64,000 nucleotides of DNA. Source: Piromyces finnis finn (taxonomy: Eukaryota > Fungi > Neocallimastigomycota). The position numbers and the translations under genes are program-made. Below, one piece after another: positions 12,518 through 26,265 of the stretch. Where the stretch lies: the NCBI GenBank assembly GCA_002104945.1, contig MCFH01000019.1, forward strand, positions 744,001-808,000, given 5' to 3'. Numbering within the stretch: position 1 is the stretch's first letter; each line of letters opens with the position of its first letter. The notes under the pieces were generated by a model. That model had not been told where the DNA came from, did not search any database, and saw nothing but the letters and a program-made list of their open reading frames with translations.

Positions 12518-15007
12518 ATGAAATCAATTCCTGAAGAATTGGCTTATCGTATTTCTATCATGAGTCAAAACCCCTTCTTTTATTTATTGAATGGAATATG
12601 GAATAGGACAAATTTTGAAAAGTTACTTCAACAAAATTACACTTTTCCATCAATATTACGTTATTTAATTTATAATGGAGAAAAGAAAATACTGGAACGA
12701 CTGTGTAAAGTGTATAAAGAAGAAATTCAATACCTCCCCACCTCTTTTCAATATAATATACAAAAATTATTAAATAATTCACTTAAATCCAATGTAATAT
12801 ATAATGTTCATTTTAAACAACCATCATCACCTCAACATCAGCATGAAAATAAAAGAAAATCAAGGAAATCCTTTAAACGGATTCCCTCCTTTAAATTTAT
12901 TCAAGTGGATACTGTTTTTCAAAAAGGATTATTATGGGTTATTCGTTATCAACTTCAAACGGGAGAATATACCTATATAAAAGAAGAAAATGAAAAAGAT
13001 GAAAAAGCAATGACCCGTTTAATAGAAGTGATTCAACAACAATTTAAAAGGATAAAAAGTCAAATTGCAGACGCTAATGGATGTATTCCATCAGCAACTG
13101 AAAAAACAGAAAATCCAGAGTATTGTTTTATCTATTTATACGCTATGATAAGTAGTTTAAATTTTAAAGAAACCAAATGGCATCATCAACTATTAATGGA
13201 TTATCATCCTTCTTTTATAAAAATTAAAATGACAAAAGAAGTATTGAAGCTTTTTAGTTACCTAAATCATACCTTTGAATGTTGTCAAGGACAAATGTTA
13301 AAACTAACCTATTATACGTTAAAAGAATGGTATGAAGAAATAGATCATTCAAAAATTAAAAATCAAGGATATATGGATTTTATTTTCGATCATACAGCAT
13401 ATGAACCCCTTATTCTGGATACATTGAATAATCTTCCTTTGACAACATGGAGAGTATTACGCCGCCCTTCTTCTCCATCCCTCATTGATAGGGAAAATCA
13501 AGGAACTAAGGATAATCCCAATTCGTTTAATTCTCCTTCAATAAAGGATCCTAATAAAAATTTAATCATTCCTTCATCTCTTTTACCATCGGAATCATCC
13601 CTACCATCCAATCAACATAATATTTTATATATTTTATCCCATAATTTCTATTTAGGAATGTACCCTTCTTGTCATCTATTCTACCTCTATGACCGATATA
13701 TTGAAGAAATATTAAAATTTTATGATGAAGATAATGATCAAATATTTAAATATTATTCTGGAATTGCTTCAAATCCAGATGAAGGCCTAAGAGGTTTTTT
13801 CTATTATACTTCTTTAATTCTTCTCTTGAGATCCCCGTCTATTCATTGTCATTTTGTTAATCCAGAGGAAGAATTTAAGATAAACCAAGAAATGGGTAGA
13901 ACGCGTCGTCGACGTCAGGTTCATCCTTCCTTTCTTTCCGCCTTGAATCCATCTAATCCAAAATTAATTTTTATTAGTAATCCATTATCTGCACGATCTC
14001 TTAATATTGAATCACTCTATCCTTATATTAATTCCACTACCACCTCCGCTTCTTCCTCATCAACTCTACCACCATTACTACCATCATCATCATCATTATC
14101 ATCGTCGTCAAATGATAATGGCAATATCAATAATACAAAAGGGAAAAAAATAAGAGTATCATCGTCATTTTCTGAATCAACAAGTTCTATTGAAAATTTA
14201 ATCTCCTCCGATTTAAATTCTACTGCCAATGACCCTAATAAAGAAAATAAAAAATCAGATGAATCCCTAGATGAAATGGTATCCAAAAAATTTAGCCTTC
14301 AAATACCCATAAAAGGAGAAGATCCCATTACCTTTATTAAATCATCGAATTCAAATCAAATACCATCTCAATCAAAATCATCACCTATATCTCATTCCTC
14401 CGCTTCCATTGTTGAGAATTCTATATTACAAACAGAAAAGTCTTCCTCTTCTTCCCATTCCATAGAGAATTCAAATCCAATTCCAATTCCCATTCAAAAA
14501 CCAAAAGTTATGATAACCGTTAAAAACAATTTATTATCTTTTACCAATCAAGTACGTGAATGGTATATCCATCGACAACATGCTTTACCACCAATAGAAA
14601 CATTAGAAATAAATAGTCCTGATAATAAAGAAGAAGAAGAAGAATTATTCAATTCTGTAGAAACAAATCATGAACTAGACAAAAAAGAAATTCAAATTCT
14701 ACCAGATTTATTAACTAAACCTAAAGTAGAAAAAGAAACAAATAATAATTATTTTAATAATAATGAAATAATTAAAAACCTTCCCTCCTCGTTTAATACT
14801 ACGGTAACAACAGCCATACCAGATAAAACCCTTTCAGCTAATTCATCTCATCTATCCTCTACATTCCTATCAGAGTTCTACTACTATACTGCTGCTAAAA
14901 CTTCAAACTTTGTAAGCCATGTGTACGATGAAGATTGGTATATTCGACAGTGTTTACCAAATAAAAAGAAAAAAGGCTATTGGGCCGCCAAAATATATTT
15001 ATATTAA
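12518..15007 (+). CDS. intronless hypothetical protein, 829 aa, with Ser/Pro-rich C-terminal half
   Basis: Long open frame in very AT-rich DNA, AAAATG start context, coding-like GC with sharp AT-rich flanks; no domain recognised. Confidence 0.85.
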   Translation: MKSIPEELAYRISIMSQNPFFYLLNGIWNRTNFEKLLQQNYTFPSILRYLIYNGEKKILERLCKVYKEEIQYLPTSFQYNIQKLLNNSLKSNVIYNVHFKQPSSPQHQHENKRKSRKSFKRIPSFKFIQVDTVFQKGLLWVIRYQLQTGEYTYIKEENEKDEKAMTRLIEVIQQQFKRIKSQIADANGCIPSATEKTENPEYCFIYLYAMISSLNFKETKWHHQLLMDYHPSFIKIKMTKEVLKLFSYLNHTFECCQGQMLKLTYYTLKEWYEEIDHSKIKNQGYMDFIFDHTAYEPLILDTLNNLPLTTWRVLRRPSSPSLIDRENQGTKDNPNSFNSPSIKDPNKNLIIPSSLLPSESSLPSNQHNILYILSHNFYLGMYPSCHLFYLYDRYIEEILKFYDEDNDQIFKYYSGIASNPDEGLRGFFYYTSLILLLRSPSIHCHFVNPEEEFKINQEMGRTRRRRQVHPSFLSALNPSNPKLIFISNPLSARSLNIESLYPYINSTTTSASSSSTLPPLLPSSSSLSSSSNDNGNINNTKGKKIRVSSSFSESTSSIENLISSDLNSTANDPNKENKKSDESLDEMVSKKFSLQIPIKGEDPITFIKSSNSNQIPSQSKSSPISHSSASIVENSILQTEKSSSSSHSIENSNPIPIPIQKPKVMITVKNNLLSFTNQVREWYIHRQHALPPIETLEINSPDNKEEEEELFNSVETNHELDKKEIQILPDLLTKPKVEKETNNNYFNNNEIIKNLPSSFNTTVTTAIPDKTLSANSSHLSSTFLSEFYYYTAAKTSNFVSHVYDEDWYIRQCLPNKKKKGYWAAKIYLY

Positions 15008-15442
15008 TTTTTATTTGAATTTTTAACCACATTATATATATATGTATAAAAAGACACCCAATTTTTAATTGATAAAAAAAATAAATATTTCTATCATGAT
15101 TATTATGAATTATTATTTTTTTTTTATAACATGAATAATATATTCTATCGTTTATTTATTATTCTATATTATTTTATTTATTTACTTTTTTTTTTTTCTT
15201 ATATATTAACTATAATAGCATTTTATGTATAGAATCATTATAATTAATAGATTATATAAGAAAAATAAAAAAAAAAAAAATTAAAAAAGCTTGATGATAT
15301 CTAATTTATTATAAACTAATGTGATAATAACTATGCTTTTTTTTTTTTTTTTGTAATAAACGATAAGAACAAATGTGAATAGGAATATATAAAAATTTAA
15401 TATATACTATTTATAATATATTGATTTTATTGTAATTTAAAG

Positions 15443-15489
<47 letters not shown>

Positions 15490-17227
15490 AATAATAATGA
15501 AAAAAAAAAAAAAAAAAAAAAAAAAGAGTTGTATGAATATCCATTTCAACTCTACTTTCTATAGTAGAGATAAAAAATATTACTAATCCTTCTCTTTTCA
15601 TTATTTCATTATTTTTTACAATTTTTATATTGATTTTGCTTTTATACTACTTTTTTTTTTTTTTTCTTTTGTTATATTATATATATTATATGGTTTTAAT
15701 AATATTTTTCTTTTGTATTTATTTATTTTCTTTCTTTTTTTTTTTATTCAATAATAAAATATTTATTCAATTTTAAAATTTTATATTTCATTTCTTATTA
15801 ATATACTTTTTTCTTTTATATTTTTACTATTATTATTACTTTTTTTTTTATTTCAACTTTATTATTTCAACTTAGGAATATATTCTTCTTTTTTTTTTTT
15901 AAACGAAAAATTGAAAAATACAAGACACATATAAAATCATGACAATATATAATTTTTTTTATATTTTGATTTTTGCTTTGTTTTGTTTAGTTTTTTTTTT
16001 TATAATTTGTTTTGTTACTTGATTTTCTTTTTTTTTTTTTTTATATTTTTTTGGGAAATTACTTTTGCTTTATAATTGCTTTTCTTTTAATTTTTTGTGG
16101 TTGACTTTCTTTTTTTTTTTTTTAAAAAAAAAAAAATAAAAGAATAAAAAAAAAAAGTGAATTTTAGTGTATATTATTTGTATGAATAGTATTTTTTAAA
16201 ATAGATATTAATATTTTTTTTTCTAATAAAAATAAATTTATAAAATAGAATATACTAAATAACATATTTATAATATTTATAATATATAATACTTTTCTAC
16301 AAAAGAATTTAAAAATCTATTTAATAATCAACTTCTTTTTTTTGTACTAATTTTAATTTATTTTATTATATAATTCATAAAAAATAAAAATATTTATAAT
16401 GAAAAAAAAAATTTTTTTTTTCCCAATTAAAAAATATCACACAAATAATTAAATTTTATATTTTTATTAGATGCATTTCCTGTAAATAGATATATATATA
16501 TTAGAAATAAAAACAAAACGTCTTTATATTCTTTTACCATCCTTTTTTTTCTCCTCTATAACATATCAATAAGAAAAAAGATGATGATATTTTTGTATTT
16601 TACTACTCTTTATATTATATATAATGTGGTATTTATAATGATATATATTATTAAAAAATCTGTTATATATAAATTATAAATAAAATTAATATTTGTTAAT
16701 TTTTTAATGAAAAAAAATTTCAATCGATCTTTTTGTTTATTTGTTTGTTTGTTATAATTAATATATTAATACTTACAATGATAAAAATGAATATATAACT
16801 TTTGATAGGATAGATATGATATAATTATTGTTATTTTTTTATATTAATAACAATTGAAAATGAAGGATTTCTGTTTTTTTTTTAATCCTTAAAATAGTTC
16901 ACATAGTTTAACCCTTTTTATTTCTTTCAATAAAAGGTAAAATATTGATCAATAGCTTAAATAGCATAGTTATCAATGGGATATATGGTTTCTTTATATA
17001 TATAAAAGATTCCTTCTTAATAGGATGCGAATTAGGTAAAACGATTTATTACATCCATTTATTTTATTAGATATAATATTTTTTTAGTAAAAAGAATTTT
17101 GTTATTATTTTATTTTTTTCACAATTGTTTCAGTACATTCTGTCTTCACAATCAAAATCAAAATAAAATCTCTTGTTCATTTAAAGAATAGATAATTTTA
17201 AGTAGATTCTTTTTATTTCCATTTTCC

Positions 17228-17683
17228 TTAGTAAGGGAAATAATTAAAATTGTAATTACTTCCATTAACTTGATTATAGTAATAGCCAAAATCTGGAGAT
17301 TGCAAAGATTGTTGTAATGGATCATTAATAGAAAATGATTGAATAATCTTTGATAAAGCCTTTCTTTTTCTATGCTTCTTTTTCTTTGGTGCTTCAACAT
17401 ATTCATATTGATTATAATAAGCAGAAATATCATTGAAATTACCAGAATCTGTTGATTCATTAGAAACATTACTGTAAATAGTATCTGCTATGGAAACATT
17501 AGAAACAGTATTAAATGATTGTTCAGAGAAACGCTTATTGTATAAGCTTTCTGGCATTGGAATTGAGGTGGAAGAATACCTCTTATTAATTAAACTAGAC
17601 ATATCTTCAATTGATCTTAATTTGTGGTAGCTATTTCCTCTTGGAATAAAGGAAGTTCTGTTTTTTCTAATACTGAAACCCAT
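17228..17683 (-). CDS. small intronless hypothetical protein, 151 aa, Ser/Asn-rich with basic NLS-like stretch (PKKKKHRKRK)
   Basis: ORF with CAAAATG context and coding-like composition inside AT-rich DNA. Confidence 0.7.
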   Translation of the reverse strand: MGFSIRKNRTSFIPRGNSYHKLRSIEDMSSLINKRYSSTSIPMPESLYNKRFSEQSFNTVSNVSIADTIYSNVSNESTDSGNFNDISAYYNQYEYVEAPKKKKHRKRKALSKIIQSFSINDPLQQSLQSPDFGYYYNQVNGSNYNFNYFPY

Positions 17684-20600
17684 TTTGTATATATATATAT
17701 CTGTTTTTTTTTTTTAAATAATAATAATAATAATAAATTATTTATATTAATTCAAAATTCATAATATTTTATAATAATTATAATAATTATAATATTTTAT
17801 ATTACTTTATTTTCTATTATTTAATAATTTTTTTCAGGATATTGATTGTATAATTATATATTTTATTATATATTATTTATTTATTGTTTTATTGATATAG
17901 TTATTTTTTTTTTTTATGATTTGTTTATTTATTATTTATTATTTATTGTTTGAATAATTTTTATTTTATTTTTATTATATTCAAAGATATTGTCACAATT
18001 TGTTTATTTTTTTAATAAAAAGAAATAATTAGATATTTTTTTTAAATTCTTATTAATAGCTCGCTATTAATTAATATATTTAAATATAAAAAAATACTAA
18101 TGTTGATTTTTCTATTTATTTATTTATTTTTTTTTTTTTTTTTTTGAAATATTATTATATTTTTATAGTTATGATAATATTTCTTTCTGAATTTTTATTA
18201 AAATTTAATTGAAATACTTTTTACTCCAAAGTAATTTAAACTAAAAAAGTAAAAAATATTTGTTTTTTTTTTTTTTTAAAAGTAATTACTAAAAATGAAT
18301 ATATTACTATACTTTATTTTCTAATCAATGTGTGTGTGTGTGTTTTTTTTTTACTTTTTTACGTTTTTTTTTTTATTGCTATTGTTAACAGTATTGAATG
18401 TGAAAAAACAACTTTTTATTGAATAAAAAATTGTTTAGTTTAATGGAATAAAGTTTTTTTTTTTTCAAAAAAAAATAAAAATAAAAAAAAAATATTATAT
18501 TTATATATAATTGAAAAAAAAAAGAAAAAGAAAAAAAAAAGAGGGTGTATAGGATAGAAATATATCTTTTTAATAATTTGAAAAAAAAAAAAAATTAAAC
18601 GTAATGCTTCTTTAAAGTATTTAGAACATATGAATAAAAAACTTTAAAGTTTATTATTTTCAAAGTATCAAGTTCAATTAGGATTGTTTTTTTAAGAAAA
18701 AAAAAAGGTATTTATATCAATACTTTTTCATTAGTTTAATAACTATTCTTTCTTCCTAAGAGAAACCTTTTTTAATAAAGATAATGTTTAATAAAAAAAA
18801 AAAAATAGTATTTAATCTATAATTTTTAAAAAAAAAAAAAAAGAAATATTTTATTATTTTTATACCAAAATTCTTTACTTTGGATTTCTGAACTTTAATT
18901 TTTTAAAAATGATTAATATATTATGAATATTAATTTTAAATATACATAATATAAATAATATATATAAATAATATATTGAATATAAAAGGTATTTTTTAAA
19001 GAATCATTAATACTAAAATTGGAATAATTTGTTTTGTTTTTTTCTGCAAATAGAAATTACAAATTTTTATATGAACATTTTATTTTATAGTATATTATAA
19101 TATATTCTTACACTTTATAAATTAAATCATTTTTCATTTCATTCATATATACCGTATTGAACCTTAATATATGTTTATATTTAATGAAATGAATAATTTT
19201 CCATCTCATCCATAATATATAAATTTTAAAAGATGATGTATATGAGTAGTAATATATTATATTATATATTTCCAATATACTCTTTTAATATATAATGTTT
19301 CTTTTGATTTATTAATGGCATTTAATTTATTTAATGTTTTATATTTATTAATAACGGCAAATCTTATTTGATAATAAAGTTCAAAAAAAGTTGATATTGA
19401 TATCAATTCAATATTATTATATAACGAATAAATTAAAATATATATAATTATTATTTATATTAAATTAAAAATGAAAATGTATATTTTTTATTATTTTGAT
19501 TCATATTTAATGTGTATGGTATCATTTATTTCTTGATATTCAGATTATTATCAAAAAGGTAAAATATACATCATAAAATAATATCTGTATATTTAGTATT
19601 TATACAATAAATAAAAAGAATATGGTTCTATCGATTTAATTATAACAAAATAAAACTATAAATACAAATGCTACCCTAATTAAAAAAAGAACAAAATTTA
19701 AAGGTTTCACAAATATAAATAGTATGAATATTATATGGAGTAATACACTCTAACAATATAATCCAATTTATTATTTATATGACTTAGAAATATTAATATA
19801 TTTTATGTAATACAAATTAATTTTATGTTGCACAAATAGATCATAGAACAAATTAAATAATATAAAGTTTTTATTAATTTAAAATATAATTATTGATTTA
19901 TACACTTTTTTTTATTAAATGAAATTTTTAATTTGGTGTTTGGCCTTCCCTGTTTAAAATTAATCTGTAAACATTAAACTCTATTTCGCCAAACAATAAT
20001 GAATTAAAGGGCTATTTCTTCATTTCATTCTTTCATTCACAGCTTGATGTCTATGCTTAAAAAAGAATTTATTTTTTTTATCAGAACAAATTCTATAGTA
20101 ATTTTAAAAATGAAAAAGTTTCATGGACTATGATACGATGAAAGAAAATTTTAGATGTTTTTGTTCCTTCCAATAAGATGGAACGAAAAATCATTCCTTT
20201 TTAAATCGGAGCTTCCCTTTCTCATAGGATTGACTTACCCAAGAGCAACAATATATTTTTAATATCAACCCTAAATACAATATCTTTTTTATATAAAAGT
20301 ATATACTTGTACAGTTCTGTGACACCTTCTCATAACGTACTTTTATATATTTATGTATATGGTTACATATCAAAATAATCATTCTTAATATAAATACCTT
20401 TTATTTTATTATGATATTTAAACATATATAATATTCTAATTTTTTTTTATTCCCTATATTCCTTTTATTTAAAGAAAGCTCGGAAATAACAGCTAAAAAT
20501 ATAATGATAAGCATTAGCCATACAATATAAAACTTTCATCCTTTTTTTTTTTACATTACATAAACCTTAACCATAATAAATCGGTACTTCAAACAATTTC

Positions 20601-23600
20601 AGTTTTAAATTCTGAATATAATTTATTAAAAATAATATTAATTTAAAAATTAAAACTCAATTTAACCATAAATGGTTGTGATAATTTTTAGGATTATCAA
20701 AGTTTTTTTGTAACAAAAATAAATAATTAAAATTACAAATGATAAATTGTTAGTATTATGGTAGGAGGTTGTGGTAGAAATATATAAAATATAAACTTTT
20801 ATTATTATTTAAAATATAAAAAAGTAATCATAGCATTATTAATAAATAAGATTATAACTCTATGATACTAATAAATAAAATATAACTATTAAAGGTTAAA
20901 TTACTAATACTATCACTATTAGTATTAGTATTATTCCATTAATATTATAATGTTAAAAAGATCTATTATTTAATTATTAAAAATTTAGATTTAGATTTAC
21001 TAGGTTAAATATAAAATTCAATGTAATTCACAGTAACCAATAGACACTACTTTATATACTTTAAAATCATTATTTATACAGCACATCCTTTTTTAAAGCA
21101 ATATTTACTACCTTTTAATTTTATCTACTTTGCTATTATAAAAAGTAAATAATTCATTGATATGTTTGTTTTATTGTTTATTTATTTTATTATGTGAATA
21201 TATAAAACATTGTAACTATATATTACATTATATTATAATATATTATTATATTCTATTAAATGAAATTGTTTTTTTTTAGTGCTCATTAATATAAAAAGAA
21301 AAAAAAAATATTTTTTTAATATTTTCTTCCTTTATATTATAATATATAGTAATAATTTATTAAAATATATTTTTTTACAAAATGCAATTTAATTATAATA
21401 TATAAAAATAAATAGTAACATATATTATTAGTATTTATAATATTTTTATTGACTTGTCACAATAATAACCCAAACATAACGTTGATGATAGAGACTTTGA
21501 CATTCAAAATGAAGTTTTGATAGATCTTTTTTAATTAATAAGATGTATATGTTGATGTAAGAATTTAATACTACTTTACTACTGTATATAATACTGTATA
21601 TTATATTCATTATTCTTATAATTCATTTCAATTATATTATTTTTATAATTACATATAAATATTAATATTTTGTAATTTGATAAAAAGTATATAGAATTTA
21701 AACAAAATAATTAAAAAAAAAAGAAAGGAAAGATTGCGACATAAATTCATGGCTCTTCCCCTTATGATCTTTTACTTTTTTTTTTTTTTTTTGTAATAAG
21801 AATTAATTTAATATATTTACATTTTCAAATATTAATCCATCCCATTTTATTTCATTTTATTTCATCGAAATGAATATTTTTTTTTTATTTATTTGTCATT
21901 ATCATTATCAATATTATTTCATCCCAATTCATTTATTATTACTATTACTAGTTTTTTTTTTTTGTTTGTTTGTTTTTGTTTTTGTTTTTGTTTTTCGGTC
22001 TTTCTCCCTCATTTCATCATAAGAAAATTTAATAGTAAAAAAGAATGAATTAAAATTAAAATTTAATATTTTAAAATTAATTAAGAATGACCACTAAAAA
22101 ATTAAAATTTTGTTTTACGCAAACCTTACATGAAACACAATAAAAAGGCTAAAATAGCCAAATTTTAAAATTAAACTTTTATGATAAATTTCACCACAAA
22201 GAATAAATAAAATATATCTTCTTCATGTAAACACCACAATATTAATATATAGATTGTGGCAAACTATTAATCTCATGAAATCAATAATAGAGTAGGGTAA
22301 AATATTTCATTACCATAATATCAATAGTAAAAAAGCTTGTTAAAGGTTTTATCCTTTCTTTCAATTAAAAAGTAAATTCATGCATACTAAATCATACTAC
22401 CATCAATTGTAACAGAAAATTTGTTACATTTTTAATTATAAAATTTAATTTATTATTTAATAAAATTATAAATTAATTAATGAATGAGTAATAATTTGTG
22501 GATAATTAAATGGATATTACCTAGTACAATGGATGATCATATTTTAATATATTAGTAGAATAGAATCAAGTTTATTTTGAATATAATATTTATCTATTGT
22601 AATATATGTGAAAATTAAAGATATTATTCTAACCTTTAACAAAAAGAACCATCTTTCCCCCCCTTTTTTTTTATAAAAATACAACATTTTAAAAAAAAAT
22701 ATATGCAATAAAAGTAGGCACACATTTTTCATCTATTTATTTATGAGGGGATTTTATAAAAAAGATGTTATTATTTATATATATGTTATTAATTTCCATT
22801 AATATGTTTTATTTTTACTATTATAACTAGTTTTTACTTTTTAATTACTTTCTAATAATATCTTTTAAGATGAAAATTAAAAAACATTATATAATAGTAG
22901 TAGTAACCATATGAACAAGAAAAGAATTAAAAAATTAAATGAAGAATATATGGTTTTATTAAATGCTTTATTTACAATTATACTATGTTTTTTTTTTGTT
23001 TGTGTTGATTTTTCTTTATTAAAGTTATAGGGATAATATTTTATAGGCAATCCCATTAAAAAAAAATGACGCATCAGAAATACTTTTAATGACCTTTTAA
23101 ATTGAATTTAGATTTAAACCAATGATTTTAAAAAATCATGGATGAATCCATCTATCAATGTATTTTATATGAAGAATAATACTGCTTTAATATTATAGTT
23201 TATTATTATTACTTTTCCTTTTAAAAATGCTAGATTTCAATTGTTCCTTTTTTTTTTTTTTTTAATAATAAATAGTATTGTTCATTTCTAAAAGATAAAT
23301 TCCTAAAAAGGCAGTTTAATACTCCTTGATATATATACGTCAATAAATATTATTTTTTTAATTGTTTAATCTTGTTATGTCATAAGTTTTTTATGAAATA
23401 AAAAACATAATACTATTCTTTAGTAAAAATAATATTATTAAGAAAAATTCATTTTATCATGGCACCTTTCAAGTTCTATGATCTTTCCCTTCATTATCAA
23501 CACCATATGGATAGGATTAAATTGTTACATTTAAAATTTATGTAAAAAAAAACGTATCATTTTCTTAATCCATTGTATTTTGTATATTAATGCATTTTAT

Positions 23601-26202
23601 ATATTAGAGTATACAATAATATTTATAAAATTTGTCATTAAAAATTTATTCATTTAATATGGAGAATTATATTGAAATAAAATTTAATTTAACTTAATTA
23701 AAAATAGTTTAATTTATTATTCTTTTTGTGTAACCATTTATTAATTCATTATGATTAATTAACTTTAATAAATAATAATTTATAATAGAATTTATAATGG
23801 AAAAAATTTTAAAAAATAATAAATCCTTTTTTTTAATTAATAACTTAAACTAATAATAATAATAATAATAATTAGAATAACAATAATAATTATAATAATT
23901 AGAATAATAATCAACTTTATAATATAAAAAAAAGAAAAATAATAATTTCTAGATGGCTGGCTAAAGTAAAAAAAAATAAAAAAAAAAAGAAAGAAAAAAG
24001 AATAATATTATGAATAAAAAGATATTTTAATATCTTAGTTTTCTATGTAATCCTCCTATTTTCTATGTATTTAATTTCATAGATCGTAATTTAAATCTTT
24101 AATCCTTGTAGATGCATTTTTTTTAAAAGAATATTTCATGTGTATATGTTTCTTGTTTGTTTATACATAATTTTATTTTTACATAGTTTTATGGGGGGTT
24201 TTTTTTTTGTCGTTATTATGATTAAATCATCATTATAAACTACCGAAAAATACATAAATATACCTTTTTTTTTTTTAAAGTCATATAATTATACTTTTTT
24301 TTTTTTTCTAAATTTTAAAATTCTTTCTTTTTTAGGAAATATATTCTAAATATGGTGATAATTAAAAAAAAAAGCGAATCTAGGGAATATAAAAAAAATT
24401 AAAAAAAGAAAATGAAAATGACCGTATTTATAAAAATTTATATTTTAAAAATAGAAAAGAATAATGTTTACATTTACAAAGACGAATGACTTTCATTAAT
24501 TATAAAATAATAAGAGGAAAAATAATAAAGTATTAATAGTATAAAAAAAGTGTAAAGATAAACTTTATTTATTTAAGAATTATAATAAAAAACAAATAAT
24601 CATTAATAAATAAATGAATTGTTATATTTATTTTTTATTTTAATTATGTCATTGAGTTTTTTTTTTTTTTTTTTACTTTACTTTGATATATTCTTATTCT
24701 CTTAATATATATAAAAAATGAATAACTATTTTTATTAAATAAGAATGTAACAACAATAATGCTAATAAAATAAAAAAGGTAATATTTATATTGCTATTAA
24801 TAAAGGTAGTCATTTAATTCTATTTTGTTTTATTGCATTATAAATATTTAATTATAGATATGTAACAATTAATTTTTATTACAAAGAAATAAGATGAAAA
24901 TATATATCAAAAAAAAAAAAAAAAAAAAAAAACTTTTAGTTTTCGAGACCATCAAATAAATCAATATTTATAAATGTTCTAACCATATCCTTATTTATAT
25001 CTTATTACTTAAAAAAAAAAAAAGTTAAATTCAATTTTGATTCTGAAAAAAAGCAAACTTTTTATATTTTTTAATATTGATATAATAATATATATATACT
25101 TTATAAAACTAAATAATTTTTATTATGTTCTGTAATAATAATTGTAGTAAAATTTTCTTTCTCTTCCTTTTTCTTTTTTCTTTTTTTTTTTTTTATATTC
25201 ATAATTTAATGATGATATTTATTTATAATTTGTCAAGATTCTTGATAATAATTATTTGAATATATTATAATAAAAGACTTAAAAATATATATAAAATAAT
25301 TGAAAATATAATATTGTATTTTTTAAAATATTTACATCGTCACAAAATTTCTCATTCTTTTAAAGTTATAAAGATTCTTTATGAATATAAATAATTAATA
25401 CGTTTATGCATTACAAATAGAGGTGTGATCTAGTTTTCACGGAGCATTTTTTAAAGTATTGCATAGTAATAATTATAGAGCGGCGGTCAAAAAAAATATA
25501 TTGTTTTTTCATTTATAGTTAGCGGTCAATGAAAAAAATTTATATTGTTTACAGTTAATATTTGCAGAAAATAAAAAAAAAAATTAAAGATGATTTTTAA
25601 TTTAATATTAAAAATCTTAATGATTTGGATAATGGAATAGAATAAAATATCGTATTATAACTCTGACAATTATTATTAAATAAAACTTATGGTATTCATT
25701 ACCCTACCATACTATTTCAGTAATTTAAATTTTAAAATACTAATTTTAACTCATAGTTATTTCTTTATGAATATAAATAAAAGTTTATAATTCTCATTTA
25801 CTAATACATTTTATATTTCTTTATTTTTATATTTATGTCATGGTTCATATATAAATATCTTATTATTAACAGATTATAATAAACTTATTGAATTACAGTC
25901 AGGCTTTGATACTTTTCATAACAACATGAAATTATGTAATTTGATATGAAATAGTATTACCTAATTATTGTATATTAATTTAAATAAAAAGAATATCTTT
26001 TTTACTTCTTAGGATAATGACTAAAGTATTTGGAATAATATTCTAATTAAATGATTAATTAGTAAATATACATACTCTCTTAAACCCATATAAACTAAAT
26101 TATTATTGTATTAGAAGGGAGGTTAAGATCTATTCTTCCATAATTTATCTCTTCTAAATAAAAAAGTTATAATTTTCTCATTACATAAAATTATGAAACA
26201 CA

Positions 26203-26265
26203 CACGTGATATATACTTTCTAAATTAAAAAAAAAACATTTCAATAATAATAATGAGAACACGTG
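26203..26265. promoter_or_regulatory. pair of CACGTG E-boxes (26203-26208, 26260-26265), putative bHLH/Pho4-type sites
   Basis: Two palindromic CACGTG 57 bp apart in very low-GC DNA, ~2 kb upstream of the VTC4-like start; function inferred only. Confidence 0.35.

Noticed and set aside
12518-12570. F-box-like start (SIPEELAYRIS) in the 829-aa orphan
   Set aside because: Only a few residues resemble the motif and the rest of an F-box is not evident.
21020-21115. Cys-containing minus-strand fragment reminiscent of a CBM18/hevein domain
   Set aside because: Needs a frameshift, has stops and wrong Cys spacing.
5530-24992. Other ATATCCTT matches (5530-5537, 24985-24992) as U12 donors
   Set aside because: Intergenic, with no flanking exon or frame requirement.
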